Part shown: one piece after another, positions 38,717 through 47,733 of the stretch
How the letters are laid out: each line of letters starts with the position of its first letter
Position numbering within the stretch: position 1 is the stretch's first letter
Assembly: GCA_033761895.1 (NCBI GenBank)
Contig: JANRMD010000115.1
Coordinates: 6,926 to 70,925 of the forward strand
Length of the DNA stretch: 64,000 nt
From: Pirellulaceae bacterium
GTDB lineage: Bacteria; Planctomycetota; Planctomycetia; Pirellulales; Pirellulaceae
Direction: 5' to 3'
Made by a program: the position numbers and the translations under genes
Notes under the pieces: generated by a model
Seen by the model: the letters and a program-made list of their open reading frames with translations, nothing else
What the model was told of the DNA's origin: nothing
The model's database searches: none

Positions 38717-40408
38717 ATGCTCTGGATCGGCAGCTCTGGTCAAACGACCATTCAGCAGACTCTCCAGAACAACATCGATATCGAATTCGTTCCGACTCCG
38801 CTTGAAGCGATTTCTCGACTGGCTCGCAATCAATATGGCGGTGTTTACCTCGACGGGCAGAGAGTCGATTCGGGCGAAGGCATCGTCCGTCTGTTGCAGA
38901 GCGAACGCATTCTCGACGGTATGCCCGATGGTGTGGCGCTTGTGAATGCGGACATGGTGGTGACGTGGGCCAACGGTCGCTTACGCAGCTGGTCTCCCTT
39001 GCCTGAGGTCCTCGGTCAAAACTTTTACGCGACGCTTGGCAACACCCAAATTATGGGACCGGATTTCTGTCCGTTCCACACCGCGCTTGCCACTGGTTCG
39101 CCAAGCAGCAGTACCCTGCAATCCGAAGACAATCGCTATTACCAAGTTCACGTGGCTCCGTTGACCGATGCCGCCACCGATCAAGCGGCTTTGGTGGCTA
39201 CCGTTAGTGACATCACCGCTGAAATTTATCAGCAGCATAAGCTCGCGGCGATTCATCAAGCCGGGCAGCGCCTGACCGACTTGAAGCCCGACGAGATCTT
39301 CGCGATGGATACTCAGTCGCGTATTGATCTCCTGAAAGACAATATTCGTCACTACACTGCCGACTTGCTGAACGTGGAAATCGTCGAAGTCCGCTTGCTA
39401 GAGCAAAACAACAACTTGATTCCTTTGCTGAGTGTGGGCATCGATCAAGAAGCCGCCGACCGGCAGCTGTATGCGAGCCCCCAAGGCAACGGTGTGACTG
39501 GCTATGTGGCATCCACCGGACGCAGCTATCTTTGCGAAGATGCTAGCCAAGACCCGCTTTACCTAGAAGCTTTCAAAGGCGCCGCCAGTTCTCTGACGGT
39601 GCCTTTAATTTTGCATGACGCAGTCATCGGCACCATCAACGTCGAAAGCAACAAGGTTCGTGCCTTCACCACATCGGATATGCAGTTCCTTGAGATCTTT
39701 GCACGCGACGTGGCTGTATCGCTGAATACGCTCGAATTGCTTGTGGCTCAAAAGAACAACGCAGCCCAGCAAAGCTGCGAGGCGATCCATAGCGCGGTTG
39801 CTTTGCCCGTCGATCACATTCTCAATGATGCCGTCAGCATCATTGAAAAGTACATCGGCCATGATCCCGATGTTGTGGATCGACTACAGCGCATTCTCCA
39901 AAACGCGCGTGATATTCGCCGTGTCATCCAGCAGATAGGCCAGCGGATGGCGCCTGTGGAAGCTGTTCCAGCGGGCTGCACGCAGCAACTTCACAACAAG
40001 GTGCGCGGTAAGCGGATTTTAGTGGTCGACTCCGATGACTCAGTGCTGAACGACGCTCATGCTCTGCTCGAACGCTACGGCTGCATTGTCGAGACGGCCC
40101 ATTATGGCGACGAAGCTGTTTCCATGTTCCGCGCCAGCCGCGTGAATGCGGCTTACGACGTGGTGATTTCCGCGATCAATCTGTCAGACTACAGCGGTTA
40201 TCAATTGATGCTGCGTTTGCAAAAGATCGTTGAAGTAGTTCCGATGGTCCTGATGACTGGTTTCGGTTACGACCCGGGACACTCGATCGTGAAAGCTCGC
40301 CAAGCCGGTCTCCATCCCAAAGCGCTGCTCTACAAACCGTTCCGCTTGGCCCAGTTGCTGAGTGTTCTTGAAACCGTTATCGATGCCTACGACGCCGAAC
40401 CCGTCTAG
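38717..40408 (+). CDS. PAS-GAF-atypical receiver signalling protein (no kinase catalytic domain)
   Basis: PAS (ILDGMPDGVALVN...CPF), GAF (GVTGYVA...VPLILHDAVIGTINVES) and a C-terminal REC fold (ILVVDSD...ISAINLSD...MTG...YKPF). An alternative GTG start lies at 38684. Confidence 0.78.
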   Translation: MLWIGSSGQTTIQQTLQNNIDIEFVPTPLEAISRLARNQYGGVYLDGQRVDSGEGIVRLLQSERILDGMPDGVALVNADMVVTWANGRLRSWSPLPEVLGQNFYATLGNTQIMGPDFCPFHTALATGSPSSSTLQSEDNRYYQVHVAPLTDAATDQAALVATVSDITAEIYQQHKLAAIHQAGQRLTDLKPDEIFAMDTQSRIDLLKDNIRHYTADLLNVEIVEVRLLEQNNNLIPLLSVGIDQEAADRQLYASPQGNGVTGYVASTGRSYLCEDASQDPLYLEAFKGAASSLTVPLILHDAVIGTINVESNKVRAFTTSDMQFLEIFARDVAVSLNTLELLVAQKNNAAQQSCEAIHSAVALPVDHILNDAVSIIEKYIGHDPDVVDRLQRILQNARDIRRVIQQIGQRMAPVEAVPAGCTQQLHNKVRGKRILVVDSDDSVLNDAHALLERYGCIVETAHYGDEAVSMFRASRVNAAYDVVISAINLSDYSGYQLMLRLQKIVEVVPMVLMTGFGYDPGHSIVKARQAGLHPKALLYKPFRLAQLLSVLETVIDAYDAEPV

Positions 40409-40496
40409 CGTCCGATGGCGGCTTCTCGTGGCTTGCCATTTCGCGACAATATAGCCCGGCTTCGCTGTACGATGATCTTGGGCTATTGGTTAATAA

Positions 40497-41864
40497 ATGT
40501 CGCAAAACAACGAACTGAAGATTACTCGCATCGACGCTCGCCAAGGTGGGTTTGAAAGCGACCTGAATCGACTGCGCGAGCAATTGAGTCCCTCTGGCAA
40601 CGTGGTTAGCCCCAAAGGCCGTGAGCTAACGCTGCGAGTTTTTGGCGAGCCGCTTTCGCCGGGGGCGGTGGTCGAACGGATCTGCTCGGCAGTTAAGTCC
40701 GAGGGCTTGGCGGCGCTGCTGAACTATTCAAGGCAGCTCGATGGCGCGGAACTGGGGGCAGAATTGCGGCTGCCGGAAGAGCAACTGCGAGCTGCGCATG
40801 CTGAGGCTGCTCCTCAGTTTCTGCAGTGCATTCGGCGGATTCGTGCAAACATCCTTGAGTTTCAGCAAGCGATTTTGCATTCCAGCATCACGACTCAGCC
40901 TCGACCTGGTGTTCGCTTGGATCAACGCTACGTACCGCTCAAACGAATTGGCGTGTGTGTGCCCGGTGGTGCGGCGGCTTATCCATCTACGGTATTGATG
41001 ACCGTTGTTCCAGCACAGGCAGCGGGCGTTGAGCAGATTGCCGTTGTCGCACCACCCACCAAATTCGGTGCTTACAACCCTGATGTATTGGCAACTTGTT
41101 ATGAACTTGGCGTCCGCGAGGTGTATCCGATCGGTGGCGCTCAAGCAGTCGCAGCCATGGCCTACGGGGTTGAGGGCTTGCCTGCCGTCGACAAGATCGT
41201 CGGGCCAGGCAGCCTGTTCGTGGCTCTGGCCAAAAAGTTGGTCTATGGCGACGTCGACATCGATTCGATCGCTGGGCCCAGCGAAGTGGTGGTGATCGCG
41301 GACGAAACCACCGATGCGGCTTTCACTGCCGCTGACATGTTGGCGCAAGCGGAGCATTCGCCCGGAGCGAGTTTGTTGGTAACGTGGAACGAGTCGTTGA
41401 TCGATGCTGTCCAAGCTCAGTTGCAAGTCCAACTGCGTGAACTCAGCCGTGGCGATCTGAGTCTAGATAGCTTGAACGCATTCGGAGCATTTTTGCTGGT
41501 CCGTGATGCCGCGCAAGCCTGTGAAGTTACCGACTTGATTGCACCTGAGCATTTGCATATTGCTTGCCGCCATCCTCGCGAACTGAGCGACAAGATTCGC
41601 AATGCGGGAGCAACCTTTTTGGGACCCTACAGTCCTGTAGCGCTCGGAGACTACGCCGCTGGTCCATCGCATGTTTTGCCCACTGGCGGTACAGCTAGGT
41701 GGGCCGCTGGACTGTCGGCGAACTCATTCTTGCGAAGTGGCAGTGTAATCGAGTTCTCGCGTGAAGCACTTGCGGATATTTCAGCAGACATAAGTCAGTT
41801 GGCCAACAAAGAAGGGCTGACTGCCCACCGCCGAAGCGTTGAGATAAGATTAGAAGAAGTTTGA
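40497..41864 (+). CDS. hisD: Histidinol dehydrogenase
   Basis: VPGGAAAYPSTVLM, GGAQAVAA, DSIAGPSE, AQAEH, APEHL and GPSHVLPT motifs. Confidence 0.97.
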   Translation: MSQNNELKITRIDARQGGFESDLNRLREQLSPSGNVVSPKGRELTLRVFGEPLSPGAVVERICSAVKSEGLAALLNYSRQLDGAELGAELRLPEEQLRAAHAEAAPQFLQCIRRIRANILEFQQAILHSSITTQPRPGVRLDQRYVPLKRIGVCVPGGAAAYPSTVLMTVVPAQAAGVEQIAVVAPPTKFGAYNPDVLATCYELGVREVYPIGGAQAVAAMAYGVEGLPAVDKIVGPGSLFVALAKKLVYGDVDIDSIAGPSEVVVIADETTDAAFTAADMLAQAEHSPGASLLVTWNESLIDAVQAQLQVQLRELSRGDLSLDSLNAFGAFLLVRDAAQACEVTDLIAPEHLHIACRHPRELSDKIRNAGATFLGPYSPVALGDYAAGPSHVLPTGGTARWAAGLSANSFLRSGSVIEFSREALADISADISQLANKEGLTAHRRSVEIRLEEV

Positions 41865-41884
41865 AGTTTGAAAGCCCTGCCCTT

Positions 41885-41926
41885 GTTCCCAGGCTCCGCC
41901 CTCGTTCCCAGGCAGAGCCTGGGAAC
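41885..41926. repeat. REP-like palindrome GTTCCCAGGC-AGA-GCCTGGGAAC with a partial upstream copy
   Basis: 10-bp perfect stem at 41904-41926 and a half copy GTTCCCAGGCTCCGCC at 41885; lies between hisD and hisC. Confidence 0.7.
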
Positions 41927-41964
41927 CAGTACCTGCCCCCTAATCCCTGACCTGTGAAGCTGCA

Positions 41965-43035
41965 ATGCCTGAAAACGATTCGCTTACTCGACTTTTTCGT
42001 CCCGAGATTCAGGCGATGCAACCGTATGTACCGGGTGAGCAACCTCAGGGTGGGAAATTCATCAAGCTGAATACGAACGAGAATCCGTATCCGCCATCAC
42101 CTAAAGTTGCCGTGGCAATCCAAGAAGCGGCAACGGCGCGACTGGAACGTTATCCCGATCCGCTTGGTACTGCCTTTCGCATTCGTGCCGCCGAAGTGCT
42201 GGGGGTCGAACCGGATTGGATTCTGTGTGGTAATGGCAGCGACGACATTCTGACTATCGTCACGCGTGCCTTTGTCGGAACTGGCCAGCGTTTGCGTTTG
42301 CCCTACCCGAGCTACATTCTCTATCGCACTTTGGCTCAGTTGCAGGGTGCGGAATGGGAAGAGGTTCACTTCAAATCGGATTTCACACTTGATTCTGCAT
42401 TCTCGAAGATGCATGCACAGCTGAAGTTGGTCTTTTTGCCCAACCCCAACAGCCCCAGCGGCACGGTGATCGCCCCTGATGTCATTGCATCGGTGGCTGA
42501 GCAACTCGATTGTCCGCTGTTGGTGGACGAAGCCTACGGCGATTTTGCGGAGTTCAATTGCATCGAATTGGTGAAGCAGAATCCACGCATCATGGTTTCG
42601 CGGACGTTGAGTAAGTCCTATGGTCTGGCAGGCCTTCGTTTTGGATTTTTGGTCGCACAGCCTGCCATGATCCAGATGCTTCGCAAGGTGAAAGACAGTT
42701 ACAATTGCGACTCGCTCAGTTTGGCCGGCGCCACTGCCGCGATGGATGATCAGGCTTGGTTGCAGTCCAACCGCCAACGAATCCTGGCGACGCGTGAGTC
42801 GATGACTGTGCGTCTGCGCGAGATCGGCTTTGACGTCACCGATAGCCACGCGAACTTCGTTTGGTGTACACTTCGCGATCGACCTGTTCAGCCGCTCTAT
42901 GAATCGCTCAAGCGAGACAAGGTGCTGGTGCGCTACATGAACTATGCGAACTGGGGCGATGGACTGAGGATCAGCGTCGGAACAGATGACCAAGCCGAAG
43001 CTTGTATCGAACTACTTAAAAGCTATTTGAAATAA
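41965..43035 (+). CDS. hisC: Histidinol-phosphate aminotransferase
   Basis: [26 protein letters not shown] and [15 protein letters not shown] motifs. Confidence 0.96.
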   Translation: MPENDSLTRLFRPEIQAMQPYVPGEQPQGGKFIKLNTNENPYPPSPKVAVAIQEAATARLERYPDPLGTAFRIRAAEVLGVEPDWILCGNGSDDILTIVTRAFVGTGQRLRLPYPSYILYRTLAQLQGAEWEEVHFKSDFTLDSAFSKMHAQLKLVFLPNPNSPSGTVIAPDVIASVAEQLDCPLLVDEAYGDFAEFNCIELVKQNPRIMVSRTLSKSYGLAGLRFGFLVAQPAMIQMLRKVKDSYNCDSLSLAGATAAMDDQAWLQSNRQRILATRESMTVRLREIGFDVTDSHANFVWCTLRDRPVQPLYESLKRDKVLVRYMNYANWGDGLRISVGTDDQAEACIELLKSYLK

Positions 43036-43043
43036 GTGCATCC

Positions 43044-43634
43044 ATGGCTACACGCACCGCTGAAATTAATCGACAAACGGCTGAGACGAAGATCTCGCTG
43101 AAGCTGAACTTGGATGGTACCGGTCAGTCGCAGATCAATACCGGAGTTGGCTTCCTAGATCACATGCTCACGTTGTTCACCAAGCATGGCTTGTTTGATC
43201 TTACGGTGACTTGTGATGGCGACACTCAAGTCGATGCGCATCACAGCACTGAAGATATCGGAATCTGCTTGGGGCAAGCGTTTGCAAAAGCGCTGGGTGA
43301 CAAGCGTGGCATCACGCGTTACGGCCATGTTGTCTTGCCGATGGAGGAGACACTCGTCACCGTTGCGGTAGACTTGAGCGGCAGGAACTACGTGGTCTTC
43401 AATTCACCCATACCAGCGCAGAAGATCGGTGAGTTTGATAGCGAGTTGGTCGAGGACTTTTGGTACTCGTTCGCCAGCAACGCCTTGTGCAATTACCATG
43501 TTGTGTTGCATTATGGTCGCAATAGCCATCACATCGCCGAAGCGATTTTTAAGGCCAGTGCGCGAGCACTGCGAATGGCGGTCACAGTCGATCCTCGGCA
43601 GTTGGATGTCCCGAGCACAAAAGGCCTGCTGTGA
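43044..43634 (+). CDS. hisB: Imidazoleglycerol-phosphate dehydratase
   Basis: [18 protein letters not shown] and [12 protein letters not shown] motifs. Confidence 0.97.
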   Translation: MATRTAEINRQTAETKISLKLNLDGTGQSQINTGVGFLDHMLTLFTKHGLFDLTVTCDGDTQVDAHHSTEDIGICLGQAFAKALGDKRGITRYGHVVLPMEETLVTVAVDLSGRNYVVFNSPIPAQKIGEFDSELVEDFWYSFASNALCNYHVVLHYGRNSHHIAEAIFKASARALRMAVTVDPRQLDVPSTKGLL

Positions 43635-43641
43635 GCAAACT

Positions 43642-44448
43642 ATGGAGTCGAGTTCTTTCCTACGGATGGTTGCTTTCCATGTGCTATCGGCTTTGGGGAC
43701 CTTCATCGTTGGGCTGATCTGCATGCTTCTGATTGCAGTCGATGATGACATGCAGATATCGGCGGCCATCGGGCTGGGGTTTGGGCAGATCAGCATGCTG
43801 GCTATCTGGTGCGTAACAGGAGTTTCTCGAACGCGGTTTGGGGCCTCACTGGTCGCCGTCTTGGCTTGTTTCATCACCATGGTTCTGTGGGTTGCAATCC
43901 TTGGAAATTTCGTTGATGGGGCGTTCTTTTTATCGTTAGCAATATTCTCCGTTGTCTATTTCTTTGCGATAGCCGCAGCACTAGTGTTCATACGAAAGAC
44001 CCGCAGGATTTCAGTGGAGCGTTTGACAAGCACTCAAGCAGCGGAGCACTATTCCGGACAGTATGGCATTCGCGACATTATGATCGTGATGTCGATTGTG
44101 GCTGTTGGTATCGCAGTCATTAAGTTTTTTACCGCGTACAAGTTTTCAAGCGACATGCTACTGATGTTCGCCATCTTTGCCTTAATTTCGGCTTCATTCT
44201 TCCTGATGAGTTGGCCGATTGTCGTGACCTGCTTAAATGAACGCTGGAAAGTATTGGCAATTTTCTCCTCACTGTTGGTCCTTACTTTAGGTCTGCTGCA
44301 GCCACCGATCTTTAGATCAATTCTAGGCCCTGGTGGGAGTTTTGGATTTTTCTTTTTCTTGGATATCCCGTTTGTATTTGCGATTGCTCTGCATTCCCTA
44401 ATTGCAAGGATGTTCGGCTACCGACTGAGGACGTTGAGTACCGCTTGA
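43642..44448 (+). CDS. Multi-pass membrane protein (QYGIRDIM / GYRL family)
   Basis: About 8 TM segments. Start placed at ATG 43642; the ORF-track upstream extension overlaps hisB. Confidence 0.75.
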   Translation: MESSSFLRMVAFHVLSALGTFIVGLICMLLIAVDDDMQISAAIGLGFGQISMLAIWCVTGVSRTRFGASLVAVLACFITMVLWVAILGNFVDGAFFLSLAIFSVVYFFAIAAALVFIRKTRRISVERLTSTQAAEHYSGQYGIRDIMIVMSIVAVGIAVIKFFTAYKFSSDMLLMFAIFALISASFFLMSWPIVVTCLNERWKVLAIFSSLLVLTLGLLQPPIFRSILGPGGSFGFFFFLDIPFVFAIALHSLIARMFGYRLRTLSTA

Positions 44449-44727
44449 AAGGTCGGTGTTACCTGCCCATCGCCAATCCCTTTAGGGTGTGCCGCCTAGT
44501 TGCTAGGGTGGACTCAAGTCGCCTACACACGAATGATTCCTGTCACAACTTGCCACAGTGGGGCACTGTTCATCGCTTCTTAGTCGCGATGAGCAAATTT
44601 CTGATTATTCCTGGAATTTCATTGTGTTCTTATCAACCACAAAATAAAGTGGCTTCATCTCGCCACACACGCGAATCCCTCCAGGAAGATTCATCATTGA
44701 GTAGGTTGCTCGGAAAGAACGTGGTTT

Positions 44728-45471
44728 ATGTCTCGCTTGTTGCAAGTTTTTTCACTATGCCTAATCTTGTCAGCATGCACGACCACTTACGCTGGCGTAA
44801 TCACGAAATCCTACGGGTTCACAAGGATTTCAAGTAATGCTACAGAAAACGTAGCCAACCAATTTGTGGTTGAAGTGAGCGGCGACGACTCAACTAACTT
44901 TGCGCAATTCAAGTTTTCAAACTCAGCCATAACTCAAAGTAGCATTACAGATATTTATTTCCAGGACGGAACCCTATTGGGAATATCAAGTATCACTTAC
45001 TCTTCTGGCGTTAGCTTCGCAAGGGATGCTAAACCTGGCGATTTGCCGGGCGGAAATGAGTTGACTCCGGACTTTGTAACCACTGCAGGATTCTCGCTCG
45101 ATTCCGATAAACCTATCATGCACAGCGGTGTAAATGCGGCATCGGAATGGGTTACGGTCGGATTCACATTGCTAAGTGGTAAAACAATTCATGATACTAT
45201 TTCAGCCTTGGATTTGGTTCACTCCAGTGGAGCGGCTTCCATCTGGAATAATGATGGGTCCTACATCCAGCAAAATGTAACTGGTTTGCGCATCGGGATT
45301 CATGTTCAATCAATTGGAGCGAGATCAGAGTCAGACTCGTTTGTTAACGGCCCAGTATTTAGCGCGACTACTCTGCAGCAAGTGCCAGAGCCGAACGCGA
45401 TGGTGATCTTTGGATGCTTATCATTGATCGCAGTCGCATTTCGCCGGGGTCGAGGTAAGCAGCCTGACTGA
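44728..45471 (+). CDS. PEP-CTERM sorting domain protein
   Basis: Signal peptide; C-terminal VPEP, hydrophobic helix and RRGRGK basic tail. Confidence 0.9.
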   Translation: MSRLLQVFSLCLILSACTTTYAGVITKSYGFTRISSNATENVANQFVVEVSGDDSTNFAQFKFSNSAITQSSITDIYFQDGTLLGISSITYSSGVSFARDAKPGDLPGGNELTPDFVTTAGFSLDSDKPIMHSGVNAASEWVTVGFTLLSGKTIHDTISALDLVHSSGAASIWNNDGSYIQQNVTGLRIGIHVQSIGARSESDSFVNGPVFSATTLQQVPEPNAMVIFGCLSLIAVAFRRGRGKQPD

Positions 45472-45643
45472 AGAGTGAACGGTGCACACCCTAATCGATG
45501 TTCAAGCGAACAACGAGGGCGTTGGTCTCACACAACATGTAATCGCTACAATCATACTTCGGAATGACCATTTTCCGCCAGCAATTAAACGTGTGGTACA
45601 CTTCACAAAGTTACAGCGTTTGGGTGTCGATGGAAAAAGCACG

Positions 45644-45835
45644 ATGGATGATTTTACAATTAAAGCAGCGAGCGCGGTCAAACAATCGCAAGTTGAGAAC
45701 CAAGTCAACTTGGCAGTGGCTGGTAAGGCACTTCAAGCGCAGAAGCAACAAGGTGACGCCGTCATCCAACTAATCGACCAAGCCTTGCAAATCCAGGAAC
45801 AACTCGCCGACGGCTATATCGACGTGCAGATCTAA
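45644..45835 (+). CDS. Small YjfB-like (putative motility) protein
   Basis: 63 aa with AVAGKALQAQKQQGDAVIQLIDQA. True start is likely ATG 45644, inside the longer ORF-track call. Confidence 0.6.
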   Translation: MDDFTIKAASAVKQSQVENQVNLAVAGKALQAQKQQGDAVIQLIDQALQIQEQLADGYIDVQI

Positions 45836-45891
45836 TGCCTTTTAGGCTCTCGCTAACCCGCGGTTGATGTCGCCCCAATACCACGAGCTTT

Positions 45892-46782
45892 TCATTTTGC
45901 CAGCAAGCGCATTGCTGACGCGACTCCCAGGGTGACCTCCGTCATACGCTCGTAATCCAACGTTTCTGGAGTGTCCATAGCTCGATGGTAATGGGGATTT
46001 CTGAGAAAGCTTGTGTCCGTAAGCATCAAAGCTCGATAGCCCTGATCCCAAAATGAACTGTTGTCGCTCATCCGAATCTCGTTGATCTTCTCTGGCAAGC
46101 AGATCGAAAAAAGTGGCATCGATCGAGCGCCTCGTTTAAAGCCGCGACGAAAGTTCCAGCAAAGTTTCCAGGAGGGCATGTTTCCGACGGCAGCCAAGAA
46201 GTCTCCCCGATGCGGAAAGAAGCGATGGAGCCACTTGGGAATTAGCGGTGGTATCGCCTGCGAATTGGCCGCTGTGTTGTAGTAGCCGACCATTTCCAAG
46301 CAGAGCATGCCTTGAATCTTGTCACCGCGCAATCGGGACTGGCGCGCGTGATATTGGCTGCCCATCGAGCCAACGTTGAAATACGGCGGCTCCTCGCAAG
46401 CAAATGCCACGTAGCGAATCGTGCGTTGGTTAGGCTGTTCGCGCAGTAGGCGACTGACTTCCAACAGGACTGCCACCGCAGATGCGTTGTCGTCTGCGCC
46501 AGGCGTTGAAAAAACCGTATCGTAGTGAGCTCCAAGCAAGATGATTTCATCAGCTCGTTTGCTGCCGGTTTGTTCGACGACTAGGTTGGTGGCCTCATCG
46601 CCTAACGCATCGTAGCACTCGCGAGAACTCTCGTAGCCCATGTCAGCCCATTGGCCCTCGATGTAACCAATCGTAGCAATGATGGTCTTGGGCTTCTTGA
46701 GGTAACGTGGACCGATTAAACCCGCCAGGCGATCGACGTGGAGCCGCAAGTTCGATTCGATCTGGCCTTTATCTGGTTTCAT
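45892..46782 (-). CDS. M28 family metallopeptidase
   Basis: GAHYDT, GADDNASA, CEEPP and SDNSSF motifs. Confidence 0.88.
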   Translation of the reverse strand: MKPDKGQIESNLRLHVDRLAGLIGPRYLKKPKTIIATIGYIEGQWADMGYESSRECYDALGDEATNLVVEQTGSKRADEIILLGAHYDTVFSTPGADDNASAVAVLLEVSRLLREQPNQRTIRYVAFACEEPPYFNVGSMGSQYHARQSRLRGDKIQGMLCLEMVGYYNTAANSQAIPPLIPKWLHRFFPHRGDFLAAVGNMPSWKLCWNFRRGFKRGARSMPLFSICLPEKINEIRMSDNSSFWDQGYRALMLTDTSFLRNPHYHRAMDTPETLDYERMTEVTLGVASAMRLLAK

Positions 46783-46947
46783 AAACAGGAGTCCGAATCA
46801 CGTTCATGTTCACTGTGCGAGTTTGTCCCAAGCGTTGCTGTAACCATCGAGACAATTGTGCGATACTCTAGAGTACCCCAACGTAGGGTTCTTGCTAAGA
46901 TAGGTGGAGATGTGGTTTGCGTTGAGCGCCAATAGGTTCGATCTAGG

Positions 46948-47685
46948 GTGATGAACATGCCGATGCACGACTGGTCACGCGTCCAAGCTGGTATCTACCA
47001 TAATTTCCACTATCGCTGGATTGCCGCCATCATGGATCGCCTAAACGCTGGTCTACTACCCAGTGGTATGATCGCGATGGCGGAGCAGATCATCGGAGGC
47101 CCTGAACCCGATGTGGTGACACTCCAGCAAAACGACGTTGTGTTTTCGGCAAACGTTGGTGACGCAGCTACGATGACAGAGGCTCCGCCGAAACCGAAAA
47201 CGGAATTTGTGATCCCTGTCGCCGTCGAACGCTATGCCGCTAAAGCCAATCGAGTTGTTGTGCGCCACTCGCTGGGTAAAGTGGTTGCGGTTGTAGAATT
47301 GGTTTCGCCCGGCAACAAGGACTCACGCCATGCCTTGCGTTCCTTCGTTGAGAAGACAGTGGAACTGCTGTACGCAAATATCAATCTGCTGGTCATCGAC
47401 CCTTTCCCACCAAGCCCGCGCGATCCTCAAGGCATTCACAAAGCCATCTGGGATGAGATTACCGACGAGCCGTTTGAGTTGCCTGAAGGTCGCAAGTTAA
47501 CCCTGGCGGCCTATCAGGCGTCGCCAATTAAAACCGCTTTTGTAGAACCGTTTGCCGTGGGCAGTACCATGCCTGATATGCCACTGTTCTTGCACAACGA
47601 TTTCTACATCAATGTTCCTTTGGAAGCGACCTACATGGACACCTGGGCCGTATTGCCACAGGTGCTACGTGACCTCGTACTGTAA
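46948..47685 (+). CDS. DUF4058 family protein (Uma2-like restriction-endonuclease fold)
   Basis: MPMHDW...FH, EPDV and VELVSPGNK motifs, recalled as typical of the planctomycete-expanded family. Confidence 0.78.
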   Translation: MMNMPMHDWSRVQAGIYHNFHYRWIAAIMDRLNAGLLPSGMIAMAEQIIGGPEPDVVTLQQNDVVFSANVGDAATMTEAPPKPKTEFVIPVAVERYAAKANRVVVRHSLGKVVAVVELVSPGNKDSRHALRSFVEKTVELLYANINLLVIDPFPPSPRDPQGIHKAIWDEITDEPFELPEGRKLTLAAYQASPIKTAFVEPFAVGSTMPDMPLFLHNDFYINVPLEATYMDTWAVLPQVLRDLVL

Positions 47686-47733
47686 TGCACTTGAACCTTA
47701 CATAGACGCTGAACGGTGCTGAACCTTCAGCAG

